Assembly (NCBI GenBank): GCA_050173015.1
Contig: JBFXLE010000001.1
Coordinates: forward strand, 192,001 to 256,000
Length of the DNA: 64,000 nt
Direction: 5' to 3'
Source of the DNA: Calditrichaceae bacterium
GTDB taxonomy: Bacteria > Calditrichota > Calditrichia > Calditrichales > JBFXGD01
The notes beneath the pieces are model-generated. The model worked only from the letters and a program-made list of their open reading frames with translations, had not been told where the DNA came from and searched no databases. This document shows, in pieces, positions 52,012 to 61,600 of this stretch (the stretch's first letter is position 1; the number at the start of each line of letters is the position of its first letter). The translations under genes and the position numbers were made by a program.

Positions 52012-52710
52012 ATGAAGAAAATAATCATCACCTGTGAGCATGGTGGGAACAGAATTCCCGATGAGTACACGGCGCTTTTTTCGGGTTATGAGGATTTACT
52101 GAACACACATAAAGCATATGATCCCGGAGCTCTGGAGTTAAGTCAAAAATTCGCGGGAACGCTTACGGTTTCATGCTATTCGTCAACCGTAACCCGTCTT
52201 CTTGTTGATTTGAACCGATCTTTAAAAAGACGATCAATTTTCTCCGAGGTTACAAGAGGCCTGAGCCGTTATGAGAAGGAGAGGATTTTAGAAAAATATT
52301 ATTACTCATACCGTAAGCGGCTGGAAAATGATATCTTCTATCATATTGACCATGACGATGAGGTTATTCATATATCTGTTCATAGCTTTACTCCCGTTTT
52401 GAAGGATGTTGAAAGAAAAGCGGATACCGCGTTTTTGTATGACAATTCAAGAAAAAGGGAAAAAGATTTCTGTTGGTTGTGGAAAAGATATCTCAAGCAA
52501 ATGGAGCCCGGGTTAAAAATACGATTCAATTATCCATACTCAGGGAAGCCGGAAGGATTAACAGCTTATTTCAGGAAACGATTACCGGAGGAGTGTTATA
52601 TAGGCATCGAGCTTGAGGTGAATCAAAAATACATTAATGGAAATCAGACGCGATGGATTAATTTACAGAATAAAATAATCGGTTCATTCCTCGACGCGGT
52701 GAAAATCTGA
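52012..52710 (+). CDS. N-formylglutamate amidohydrolase family protein
   Basis: TCEHGGN, YDPGA, RLLVDLNRS, HSFTP, IELEVNQ. Confidence 0.85.
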   Translation: MKKIIITCEHGGNRIPDEYTALFSGYEDLLNTHKAYDPGALELSQKFAGTLTVSCYSSTVTRLLVDLNRSLKRRSIFSEVTRGLSRYEKERILEKYYYSYRKRLENDIFYHIDHDDEVIHISVHSFTPVLKDVERKADTAFLYDNSRKREKDFCWLWKRYLKQMEPGLKIRFNYPYSGKPEGLTAYFRKRLPEECYIGIELEVNQKYINGNQTRWINLQNKIIGSFLDAVKI

Positions 52711-52805
52711 TCACCTCGCTACCCGCCATTTCCCAAACCCATAGAATATTTAAACAAATCTTATCGTTACTAAATGTAAATTAATGAATTTTCGGGATTC
52801 TCATT

Positions 52806-53891
52806 ATGAGTAAATTAATTCTTATCATACTGTTTCTTCCACTGATTCTTTTATCTCAACAAGGAGAACAGCGGTTAATGCATCATACATCAGACGGATT
52901 TGCCAATCCGGATCCGGGATATATTGACCGGGGTTTCAAGGACTTTCTAAAATGGTCGGTTGTTGATCGCCTGGCGGGTAAAAAACCCGATAAACCGGAA
53001 AATTATAATTTTGAAATGATATCCAACGATGGTCAATTTCTCCGGGAGAATACAGAGGAGTTTACGGTGACCTGGATCGGGCATTCTACATTGCTCATTC
53101 AGATCGATGGGATCAATATTCTTACCGATCCCATATGGAGCGAAAGATGTTCACCCGTAAATTTTGCCGGTCCGAAAAGACATGTGCCACCCGGTCTTGC
53201 GTTTGATGATCTGCCGGAAATTGATGTGGTTCTGATTTCCCATGATCATTACGATCATCTTGACAAGGCTACAATTAAAATGCTGGGGAATAAACCGTTA
53301 TATTTGGTACCTTTGGGTGTCGGAGCAATTTTGCGGGATTGGGGAATGACGCGTTATTCAGAAATGGACTGGTGGGACTCCATGAAATTTAATGGGGTCG
53401 AAATTGTGTGCGTGCCGGCGCAACATTTTTCCGGGAGGTCTCTCTTCAACCGCAACAAAACTCTTTGGAGCGGATGGGTAGTGCGGGGAAAAAACCAGAA
53501 TTTTTATTTCGCGGGCGATACGGGATATTTTCCCGGTTTTAAGGAAATAGGAAAAAGATACGGACCTTTTGACCTCGCCGCATTGCCCATTGGCGCGTAT
53601 CTGCCCCGCTGGTTTATGGGACCTGTTCATTTAAGCCCTGATGAAGCGGTGGACGCGTACATAGATCTGCGGGCTAAAAAGTTCGTCGCGATCCACTGGG
53701 GAACATTTGAACTGGCGGACGAACCACTTGATGAACCGCCAAAAGCTCTGGCACAAGCGCTGAAAGAAAAAAAACTTAGCGATAATGATTTTTGGGTACT
53801 AAACCACGGTGAAACCAGAAAATTATTCCAAAGCGCGTCTGAAAAGGAGTATGTGGAATTTGGAAATTCCGGCATGCCGGGGAAACCTTAA
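52806..53891 (+). CDS. Exported MBL-fold hydrolase (NAPE-PLD/RomA-like)
   Basis: Signal peptide, WIGHST, SHDHYDH, PAQHFSGR, GDTGY, IHWGTF. Confidence 0.88.
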   Translation: MSKLILIILFLPLILLSQQGEQRLMHHTSDGFANPDPGYIDRGFKDFLKWSVVDRLAGKKPDKPENYNFEMISNDGQFLRENTEEFTVTWIGHSTLLIQIDGINILTDPIWSERCSPVNFAGPKRHVPPGLAFDDLPEIDVVLISHDHYDHLDKATIKMLGNKPLYLVPLGVGAILRDWGMTRYSEMDWWDSMKFNGVEIVCVPAQHFSGRSLFNRNKTLWSGWVVRGKNQNFYFAGDTGYFPGFKEIGKRYGPFDLAALPIGAYLPRWFMGPVHLSPDEAVDAYIDLRAKKFVAIHWGTFELADEPLDEPPKALAQALKEKKLSDNDFWVLNHGETRKLFQSASEKEYVEFGNSGMPGKP

Positions 53892-55240
53892 AGGGCGAAT
53901 TTTAAAGAAAGAGTAGTGATCGTCAGATAAATGAGCAGCCCGATAATATCGTTAGATGTGGATACAAAAGGCGCCGCGGCCAATGCTGGGTCGATATTAA
54001 ATCTTTTAAACATTAAAGGTACAAGAGCTCCGATAACGGCCGCGTTGTTGATAACGATAAACATGGAAGTAGCGAGGATAGAGGCAAATACCGGGCCGTC
54101 CCAAACATAGACAATTAAAAAAATCAAAGAAGCAAAGACAAAACTGTTTATCAGAGAAATTCGGAATTCTTTAAATAGCCGGCTTTTTGTATCACTGATA
54201 CTTATATCTCCCGTTGAAAGACCTCGCACGACAATAACACTAGCCTGCTGACCGGTTGACCCGCCCATAGCCATGATGATCGGGATAAAAAATGCCGCCA
54301 TCACCTTTTGAGCCAGGGTGGCTGAGAAAGAATCAAGAATCATCGCGGCGGCAATTTCGCCAAAAAAAGCGACTGCCAGCCAGGGAAGGCGCGCTTTGGA
54401 GAGAACAAAAGCGGATTCTTCAAGAATTTCTTCATCGGGCGCTCCGGATAATCGGGAGATATCTTCAGAACCTTCTTCTTCCAATACGTCGACGATATCG
54501 TCAACAGTGATCCGTCCGACCAATTTTCCGGATTCATTGACAACAGGCACACTGATCAGATCGTATTTTTTAAAGAAATTCGCCACATTCTCCTGATCCA
54601 TGTCCACAGTGACATATTGAATATCCACATCCATAATTTCTCTGAGCGTCATATAGCCTTTGGCCAAAACAAGGTCAGTCAGAGAAACACTGCCGATCAG
54701 AGAATTATTTTCATCAACTACCCAGATATTATAAAGATCATCAAAGTCATCACGGACTTCGCGTATTCTTTCTATGGTTTCATTGACCGTGGCTGTCTCA
54801 GGCATGGAGAGAAACTCCAGCGCCATAATACCGCCGGCGGTATCTTCTTTGTAATGAAGCAGTTCTTTGACATCCTGTTGTCCCTCAATAGCCATATGGT
54901 CAAGAACCTTAATGGCAATTTCTTCAGGAAGCTCGGAAAGAAGGTCAGCCGCGTCATCCGATTCCATCTGATCGACAAGCAGAGAGATCGATTTTTCACT
55001 TGCTTCTTCCAAAACCTGTTCCACAAGAGGGGTGTCAAGTTCGGATAAAACTTCACTGGCAAGTTCTGTAGGAAGGAGATGGAAAAGATACTTACGGTCA
55101 TCCTTCTTTAAACGGTTCAGGATGTCTTCAATATCAGCAGGATGCAAATCAATTAGAATATTGAGCAGATGGCCCGCTTGTTTGCTCTCTATGAGCTTTT
55201 CAATATCCGTTATGGTACTTTCGAAATTAATTTCATCCAT
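53888..55240 (-). CDS. mgtE: Magnesium transporter MgtE
   Basis: HPADI, DTAGGIM, CBS pair, RLPWL, MGGSTGQQ, DPALAAAPF. Confidence 0.93.
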   Translation of the reverse strand: MDEINFESTITDIEKLIESKQAGHLLNILIDLHPADIEDILNRLKKDDRKYLFHLLPTELASEVLSELDTPLVEQVLEEASEKSISLLVDQMESDDAADLLSELPEEIAIKVLDHMAIEGQQDVKELLHYKEDTAGGIMALEFLSMPETATVNETIERIREVRDDFDDLYNIWVVDENNSLIGSVSLTDLVLAKGYMTLREIMDVDIQYVTVDMDQENVANFFKKYDLISVPVVNESGKLVGRITVDDIVDVLEEEGSEDISRLSGAPDEEILEESAFVLSKARLPWLAVAFFGEIAAAMILDSFSATLAQKVMAAFFIPIIMAMGGSTGQQASVIVVRGLSTGDISISDTKSRLFKEFRISLINSFVFASLIFLIVYVWDGPVFASILATSMFIVINNAAVIGALVPLMFKRFNIDPALAAAPFVSTSNDIIGLLIYLTITTLSLKFAL

Positions 55241-56039
55241 AATCTTGATTCAGTTTATGATTTAATTCATTAGAAAGTTTTTTGAACTCAGCTATTGTCA
55301 GGTTTTCCGGCCGGCTGTCAAGATTCACAGCCTCTAAAGAATATACGATACTTTTGTCAAATATTCTACACAAAGAATTTCTCAACATTTTTCTCCGGTA
55401 GTTAAATGTGCCTCTTACCAGGTTCCTGAAAAGTGTCAAATTGTCGATATCCGGAATTGTGTTGATGAATTCCATTTTAAAAACAGCCGAATCAACATTG
55501 GGGATCGGGAAAAAATTCCCGCGTTTAACATCAAATAAATACTCAAGCCTGCTGTAGGTCTGACATATCACCGATAAGATGCCATACTCTTTTGAACCGG
55601 GAGGGGAGACAATGCGTTTCGCCACCTCTTTCTGGGTCATAAGAACCGCTGAATCCACAGATTGATGATTGTCAATTAAACTGAACAAAATCGGACTGGT
55701 GATATTGTAAGGAATGTTGCCTAAGATTTTCAATTTTCTTCCGGACTGTTCAGAAAGCTGCGGCAAATCCAGGGTCATAAAGTCCTGATTAAGTATCCGA
55801 ACCCCGGCCGGGAAAAGCTCTGTGATATAATCTGACATTCTTTTGTCGATTTCGACGGCGACAAAATCAGCCGGAGACGCCTTGATCACCAGTTCCGTCA
55901 GCGCGCCTTTACCGGGACCTATCTCCACGACAACATCGTCGGATGAAATATTAATGGCGTTGACAATTTCCTGACGAATATACGGGTTATTCAGAAAGTT
56001 CTGGCCAAATCGTTTCAACGGGCGCTGATTGCTGTCCAT
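55233..56039 (-). CDS. rsmA: 16S rRNA m6,2A dimethyltransferase RsmA/KsgA
   Basis: FGQNFL, EIGPGKG, GNIPYNITSP, QKEVAKR, RPENL. Confidence 0.95.
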   Translation of the reverse strand: MDSNQRPLKRFGQNFLNNPYIRQEIVNAINISSDDVVVEIGPGKGALTELVIKASPADFVAVEIDKRMSDYITELFPAGVRILNQDFMTLDLPQLSEQSGRKLKILGNIPYNITSPILFSLIDNHQSVDSAVLMTQKEVAKRIVSPPGSKEYGILSVICQTYSRLEYLFDVKRGNFFPIPNVDSAVFKMEFINTIPDIDNLTLFRNLVRGTFNYRRKMLRNSLCRIFDKSIVYSLEAVNLDSRPENLTIAEFKKLSNELNHKLNQDYG

Positions 56040-56089
56040 TCAGACAAACCTCGGATTAATGCTGCTAAAAAAGTTTCCAGCCGGTTTGA

Positions 56090-56857
56090 TTAGAATTTTA
56101 TCTGGAATAATGCCCCCGCGTTTTCAGAAGTAACTTCGGCGAGTTGATCAATTGTAATTCCGCGTATTTCCGCGATTCTTTTTGCGGTGTGAACAATCAG
56201 AGAAGGCTCATTTCTTTTTCCGCGCAGCGGCATGGGGGAAAGAAATGGGCTGTCTGTTTCAAGGAGCAGCCTTTCCAACGGGACATTAGCGATCAAAGCT
56301 TCAGAATCATTGTTTTTATAAGTAATTGCTCCGGTGAATGATATATGGAAGTTGGTCAGAAGAATGTTTTCGAGAAACTTTTCATCACCGGTAAATGAAT
56401 GAAGCACACCGCCCACTTCAGTGGCTTTTTCGCTGATGATCATGTTGTAAACATCCTCGTGAGCGTCGCGGTTATGAATAATCAATGGTAATTTCAGTTC
56501 TCTGGCCAGTTTTATCTGTCTCCCGAATGTATCTTTCTGTTTGTCTTTTTCCGCGTGCATCCGGTAATAATCGAGACCGACCTCGCCGATGGCAACGACC
56601 TTCTCATGTTTGGCAAGCTCCCGAATTTCTTCAAAATCATTGTCTTCCGCTTCAGCGCAATCCGATGGATGGATTCCGACGGCGGCGTATATTGACGCGT
56701 ATTTTTCAGCCAGAAGAACGGCGTTTTTTGATGATTTTAAATCGGTGCCGATGGTGATGATTGCAAGAACCTGGTTCTGAATGGCGCGCTGTATAACCAC
56801 TTCTCTGTCCTCGTTAAAGGAATCGAAATCAAGATGCGCATGTGTGTCAACGAACAT
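56090..56857 (-). CDS. tatD: TatD family DNase
   Basis: DTHAH, GIHP, GEVGLDY, LETDSP, RNEP. Confidence 0.93.
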   Translation of the reverse strand: MFVDTHAHLDFDSFNEDREVVIQRAIQNQVLAIITIGTDLKSSKNAVLLAEKYASIYAAVGIHPSDCAEAEDNDFEEIRELAKHEKVVAIGEVGLDYYRMHAEKDKQKDTFGRQIKLARELKLPLIIHNRDAHEDVYNMIISEKATEVGGVLHSFTGDEKFLENILLTNFHISFTGAITYKNNDSEALIANVPLERLLLETDSPFLSPMPLRGKRNEPSLIVHTAKRIAEIRGITIDQLAEVTSENAGALFQIKF

Positions 56858-56883
56858 ATTAATCCTTTAATTTTTTCTCACAC

Positions 56884-58941
56884 TTAACTTATTTTACTGC
56901 CTGATTCCACGTCATCCATGGTGGTCAAAAGGCTCAATCCCGTATCACCGCTCGCGGCAAGGAGCATACCCTGAGATTCGATTCCCCTCAAAGTAACAGG
57001 TTTAAGATTTGCTATGACGACAACTTTTCTGCCGATCAGCTTTTCCGGGTCGTACGATTTAGCGATACCGGCAACGATCTGTCTTTGTTCTTCCCCGATT
57101 TTGACCTGCAGCTTCAATAAACGATCGGCTTTCTTAATTTTTTCCGCCTGAATGATTTCGCCCACACGCAGATCAACTTTCTGAAAAGTTTCTATATCGA
57201 TGGTTTGATCATCAATTTGCTCATTCGAATCCGGTTTGTTTCCTGAATCAATCACATTTTTTAATCGTTCAATTTCAGCTTCAATCGGTCCGTCCTCGAT
57301 TTTGCTAAAAAGGATCTCCGGTTCATTGATCACATGCCCGGCCTTTAAATCCGGATCTTCTGCATTTTTCCAGTTTATGTTTTCCGATTTAATAGCCAGC
57401 ATATGCCTGATTTTAGCAGAAGTGAACGGAAGCAGCGGTTCAGATAAAATCGACAGACCATAAACCATCTTTAAACACAAATTGATGGTTGTGGCGCAGG
57501 TGTCCGGATCTGATTTACGGGTTTTCCAGGGTTCTTTATCGTTAAAATACTTATTGGCGGATCGGGCGAAATCCATCAGTTCGCGAACATAGTTTTTAAA
57601 CTGAAACTGTTCGACGCTGGAGCCAAGTTTCGCCGGCGTGGTCTTCATCAGTTCGATGAGTTCACGATCAGTTTCATCGGTAACGTTTAGCGATGGAACT
57701 TTTCCGTCAAAATATTTTTGCGCAAATGTAAGAGTACGATTTACAAAATTCCCAAGTATATCGGCCAGTTCATTATTATACCGCGCCTGAAAATCCTTCC
57801 AGGAAAAATCCGTATCGCGGGCTTCGGGAAGATTACTGGCAAGAACATAACGCAGAGGATCAGGATCAAATTTCTCAAGGTATTCATCAAGCCAAACCGC
57901 ATAATTCCGGCTGGTGGATAGTTTATTTCCCTCCAGATTGAGAAATTCCATCGCCGGTACGTTTTCCGGAAGAACATAATCACCGTGAACCATCAGCATA
58001 GCCGGAAAGATCAGGCAGTGAAAGACAATGTTATCCTTACCAATGAAATGAACCAGTTTTGTCTCTTTATTTTGCCAGTATTCTTTCCATAATTCTGAAT
58101 TGCCTTTGGCTGCAGCCCATTCCTTTGTCGCGGATATGTAACCGATGGGAGCATCAAACCAGACATATAGTACTTTACCGGAAGCATCAACGCTTTTTTC
58201 TTTCGCGACGTCTTCAGGTACGGCGACTCCCCAGGGTAAATCACGCGTTACGGCGCGGTCTTTAAGGCCGTCATTGAACCAGCTTTTTACCTGGTTTACG
58301 ACGTTTGTCTTCCATTCGGGATGCGTGTCGATCCATTTTTCTAACCTCTCCTGATATTTAGCGAGCGGCAGATACCAGTGCGTCGTCTCTTTTAAGACAG
58401 GCGCCGCGTTGGTGATTGCGCTGCGGGGACTTTTCAGGTCCTTGGGACTGAGAGAACTGCCGCATTTTTCGCACTGATCACCATAGGCGTCATCATAACC
58501 GCAAACCGGACAGGTACCCCGAACAAACCGGTCGGCAAGAAAAATCTTTGCTTCCGGATCAAAGAGTTGTTCTTCTGATTTAAGGATGAATTCATTTTTT
58601 TCAGCAAGATGTCTGAAAAAATCCCGGCTGGTTTCATGATGCGTTTTTGATGATGTGCGTCCGTAATAGTCAAAACTAATCCCAAAAGCCGCAAAGCTTT
58701 TTTTGTTTAAAAAATGGTAACGATCAACAATTTCCTGGGGGGCGACTTTTTCTTTTCTGGCCCTCAGCATAATCGGCACACCATGTTCATCGGAACCGCA
58801 GATATATACAATATCAGAACCTTTTAGCCGGTGGTATCGGACAAATATATCAGCAGGCAAATAGGCGCCGGCCAGGTGCCCCAGATGTATAGGACCATTG
58901 GCATAGGGCAGAGCGCTGGTTACTAAAAGTTTTTCAGACAA
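56884..58941 (-). CDS. metG: Methionine--tRNA ligase with C-terminal tRNA-binding domain
   Basis: ALPYANGPIHLGH, zinc knuckles CPVC/CEKC, KLSTS, C-terminal Trbp111-like OB fold; TTG start. Confidence 0.97.
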   Translation of the reverse strand: MSEKLLVTSALPYANGPIHLGHLAGAYLPADIFVRYHRLKGSDIVYICGSDEHGVPIMLRARKEKVAPQEIVDRYHFLNKKSFAAFGISFDYYGRTSSKTHHETSRDFFRHLAEKNEFILKSEEQLFDPEAKIFLADRFVRGTCPVCGYDDAYGDQCEKCGSSLSPKDLKSPRSAITNAAPVLKETTHWYLPLAKYQERLEKWIDTHPEWKTNVVNQVKSWFNDGLKDRAVTRDLPWGVAVPEDVAKEKSVDASGKVLYVWFDAPIGYISATKEWAAAKGNSELWKEYWQNKETKLVHFIGKDNIVFHCLIFPAMLMVHGDYVLPENVPAMEFLNLEGNKLSTSRNYAVWLDEYLEKFDPDPLRYVLASNLPEARDTDFSWKDFQARYNNELADILGNFVNRTLTFAQKYFDGKVPSLNVTDETDRELIELMKTTPAKLGSSVEQFQFKNYVRELMDFARSANKYFNDKEPWKTRKSDPDTCATTINLCLKMVYGLSILSEPLLPFTSAKIRHMLAIKSENINWKNAEDPDLKAGHVINEPEILFSKIEDGPIEAEIERLKNVIDSGNKPDSNEQIDDQTIDIETFQKVDLRVGEIIQAEKIKKADRLLKLQVKIGEEQRQIVAGIAKSYDPEKLIGRKVVVIANLKPVTLRGIESQGMLLAASGDTGLSLLTTMDDVESGSKIS

Positions 58942-59127
58942 TTGAAACTCCGAAATCTATAAAATAATGTTAATTCACGAATTGAATAATCGAGCAGAAA
59001 TTTACTGTAGTAACATAAAATATGCAAATAGTGAAACAATCCAAAAGGCATCTGTTCGTGATTTACAAATAAAGTATGAAGCGGTCAATATTTCAGAATA
59101 ACCGGCAGGAAAATAATAATTTTGTTC

Positions 59128-59156
59128 TTGCTATTTCAAATAAAGCAAACTATCTT
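59128..59156 (+). promoter_or_regulatory. Putative sigma70-type promoter of the regulator gene
   Basis: TTGCTA-17 bp-TATCTT, 33 bp upstream of the ATG at 59190. Confidence 0.45.
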
Positions 59157-59159
59157 TTA

Positions 59160-59183
59160 AATGTTTGAATTATATCAAAAGAT
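59160..59183. promoter_or_regulatory. Putative operator 1 (imperfect 24-bp palindrome)
   Basis: AATGTTTGAATTATATCAAAAGAT; 17/24 identical to the palindrome at 59697-59720. Confidence 0.5.
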
Positions 59184-59189
59184 TATAAT

Positions 59190-59660
59190 ATGAATAATAT
59201 CCCAGCTATAAAACAAGAATTTATTCAGGATTACGGTGAAGCCTATCAGACTTTTGGACTGCCCAAATTGATGGGACGGATTGTCGGCCTGCTAATTTTT
59301 ATCGGCCGTCCAATCAGCCTGGATGATATAACGGATGAATTGAATGTGAGTAAAGGACCGGTCAGTCAGATCACCCGCCGGCTCCGGGATCACAATCTTA
59401 TCCAGCGTATTTGGGTGCCGGGGGACAGGAAAGACTATTATCAGGCGGCGCCCGATATATTCGGTAACGCCTTCCGTAACCAGATCTCTCTAATGAAAGA
59501 AAATTTAAGACTGGCGCAAAAATATCATTCCATGGCTCAGAACGATTCCACGGAAGAAGTTCAGTTTTTTAAGCAGAACATGGAAGAAATGACGCGGTTT
59601 TATTCATTGATGGTAAAACACTTCAATGAATTTTTGAAAGAATGGACAGCGCAAAAATAG
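59190..59660 (+). CDS. GbsR/MarR family transcriptional regulator
   Basis: FGLPKLMGRIVGLL, SLDDI..EL.VSKGPVS wHTH, PGDRKDYY. Confidence 0.88.
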   Translation: MNNIPAIKQEFIQDYGEAYQTFGLPKLMGRIVGLLIFIGRPISLDDITDELNVSKGPVSQITRRLRDHNLIQRIWVPGDRKDYYQAAPDIFGNAFRNQISLMKENLRLAQKYHSMAQNDSTEEVQFFKQNMEEMTRFYSLMVKHFNEFLKEWTAQK

Positions 59661-59696
59661 TCGGCAAGTAAACAGACGTATATTTTTTATGAAGAC

Positions 59697-59720
59697 AACG
59701 TTTTAAAAATTTCAAACGTT
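59697..59720. promoter_or_regulatory. Putative operator 2 (24-bp palindrome)
   Basis: AACGTTT-TAAAAATTTC-AAACGTT directly upstream of the RBS of the SDR gene. Confidence 0.55.
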
Positions 59721-59742
59721 TCAATTATATAGCGGAGGCGAT

Positions 59743-60486
59743 ATGAAACGACTGGAAGGAAAAGTAGCTGTTGTAACCGGCGGAGCGGCGGGTATCGGAG
59801 AAACAACCGTACGGGTCTTTGCCGGAGAAGGCGCGATCGTTTCCATTTGGGATGTCGATCGGGAAAAAGGCGAAAAACTATCTGAAGAATTAACCAAAAA
59901 AGGAAACAAGGTTGAATTCCGGATGGTTGACGTATCCTCGTTAAAGGATGTGGCCCGACAGGTTGCTGAAATTAAAGAGAAATACGGGCATATCGATATT
60001 CTGATCAATAATGCCGGAATTACCCGGGATGCGGCTTTACTGAAAATGGAAGAACAGCAGTGGGATCAGGTGATTGCAGTGAATCTTAAAGGTGTTTTTG
60101 CCTGCGCACAGGCAGTCGGAAGGATCATGGCCGAACAGGGATCAGGCGTCATTATTAATACCAGTTCTGTGGTCGCTCTTTATGGGAATTACGGACAGAC
60201 GAACTACGTGGCGGCAAAATCGGGTATCATCGGTATGACAAAAACCTGGGCGAGAGAGCTTGGCCGCAAAGGCGTCCGTGTAAACGCGGTAGCTCCGGGA
60301 TTTATCGCTACAGAAATGGTGAAAACCGTGCCGGAGAAAGTTATCAACGCGGTTAAAGATAAAACACCGCTTGCAAGACTCGGCGAACCGGAAGATATCG
60401 CGAACGCATATCTTTTCCTGTCCTCCGATGAGGCATCTTTTATAAACGGCAATGTGCTATGTGTGGACGGTGGTCTGATTCTTTAA
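59743..60486 (+). CDS. 3-oxoacyl-ACP/acetoacetyl-CoA reductase-like SDR
   Basis: TGGAAGIG, NNAGITRD, GQTNYVAAK, NAVAPGFI. Confidence 0.88.
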   Translation: MKRLEGKVAVVTGGAAGIGETTVRVFAGEGAIVSIWDVDREKGEKLSEELTKKGNKVEFRMVDVSSLKDVARQVAEIKEKYGHIDILINNAGITRDAALLKMEEQQWDQVIAVNLKGVFACAQAVGRIMAEQGSGVIINTSSVVALYGNYGQTNYVAAKSGIIGMTKTWARELGRKGVRVNAVAPGFIATEMVKTVPEKVINAVKDKTPLARLGEPEDIANAYLFLSSDEASFINGNVLCVDGGLIL

Positions 60487-60542
60487 ATAAACTGTCCGTT
60501 TTCCACAGATCTCTATGAATATGAAAGCAGGATAAATAAATA

Positions 60543-61529
60543 ATGCGAAACGCCAGAATTATTTCTACAGCATTTTACGCGCCGGAAAAAGTGCTGACAA
60601 ATCAATATTTTAATGATCTTCTTGGCGAAGATGTGGATACCTGGCTGAGTGAGAATCTGACCATTCGTGAACGCCGTTGGTGCGCTGATGATGAAAGCAC
60701 AGCAGATCTTGCCTGCCGCGCGGGTGAACAGGCGATATCCGGGGCTGGATTATCGCCGAAGGATATTGATCTGATTATCTTGTCAACGGATACACCGGAA
60801 TATATTTCGCCAAGTACGTCCTCGGTTGTGCAATACCGTCTCGGAATGGTGAATGCCGGGACTTTTGATATAAACACAGCGTGCGCGGGTTTTGTCACCG
60901 GTCTGGATATCGGTTCTAAATATATCAGGGCGGATGAACAATATAATAATATCCTTGTGATCGGCGCGTATGCGATGTCAAAATATTTGGATATGGCCGA
61001 TAAAAAAACAGTCACATTATTTGCCGACGGAGCGGGCGCGGTAGTACTTCAGGCAACGAAAGAAGACCGCGGTTTTTTAAAATCCCTCCTGCATACCGAA
61101 GGCCAATATCATGACTGGATGGGGATTTACGCAGGGGGCACATACAAACCGGTGAACCGGGATGTGTTAAATTCAAAGGACCATTTGTTGAAATTCGTCA
61201 GAAAATTTCCAAAAGAAATCAATCCGACGACCTGGAGCCGGATGGTCAGGGAAGCGGTTGAAGGTTCAGGAAACTCGCTGAGCGATATCAGTATGATTTT
61301 TCTGACTCAAATAAATATCAACAGTATCAGGGAAACACTGGATATACTGGGTTTGAAAATGAATCAGACACATACCGTAATGGATCGTTACGGGTACACG
61401 GGATCAGCCTGTATTCCAATGGCGTTGGCGGAAGCAAATGAACTCGGCAAACTAAAGGATAACGATTTGATTGTTTTTATGGGGTCCGGGGGGGGGCTTT
61501 CTTTTGCGACTGCTGTGTTTCGCTGGTGA
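60543..61529 (+). CDS. FabH/KAS III-like protein with atypical active site
   Basis: FDINTACAGF (Cys), FADGAGA, GSGGG; TQIN and YGYTGSA replace the canonical HQAN and GNTS. Confidence 0.85.
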   Translation: MRNARIISTAFYAPEKVLTNQYFNDLLGEDVDTWLSENLTIRERRWCADDESTADLACRAGEQAISGAGLSPKDIDLIILSTDTPEYISPSTSSVVQYRLGMVNAGTFDINTACAGFVTGLDIGSKYIRADEQYNNILVIGAYAMSKYLDMADKKTVTLFADGAGAVVLQATKEDRGFLKSLLHTEGQYHDWMGIYAGGTYKPVNRDVLNSKDHLLKFVRKFPKEINPTTWSRMVREAVEGSGNSLSDISMIFLTQININSIRETLDILGLKMNQTHTVMDRYGYTGSACIPMALAEANELGKLKDNDLIVFMGSGGGLSFATAVFRW

Positions 61530-61600
61530 TGTAAAAATGAAATCATGATCAGGATTCCGGGTTGACAGATACCGTATAATTTTTGAAAAAGGGTGAAAAA

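Noticed and set aside
49510-53891. Convergent 3' overlaps (addA/MFS at 49510-49522; MBL/mgtE at 53888-53891)
   Set aside because: Short tail-to-tail overlaps are common in compact genomes
61488-61496. G9 homopolymer as a phase-variation tract
   Set aside because: It encodes the conserved in-frame GSGGG motif near the C-terminus; no evidence of slippage
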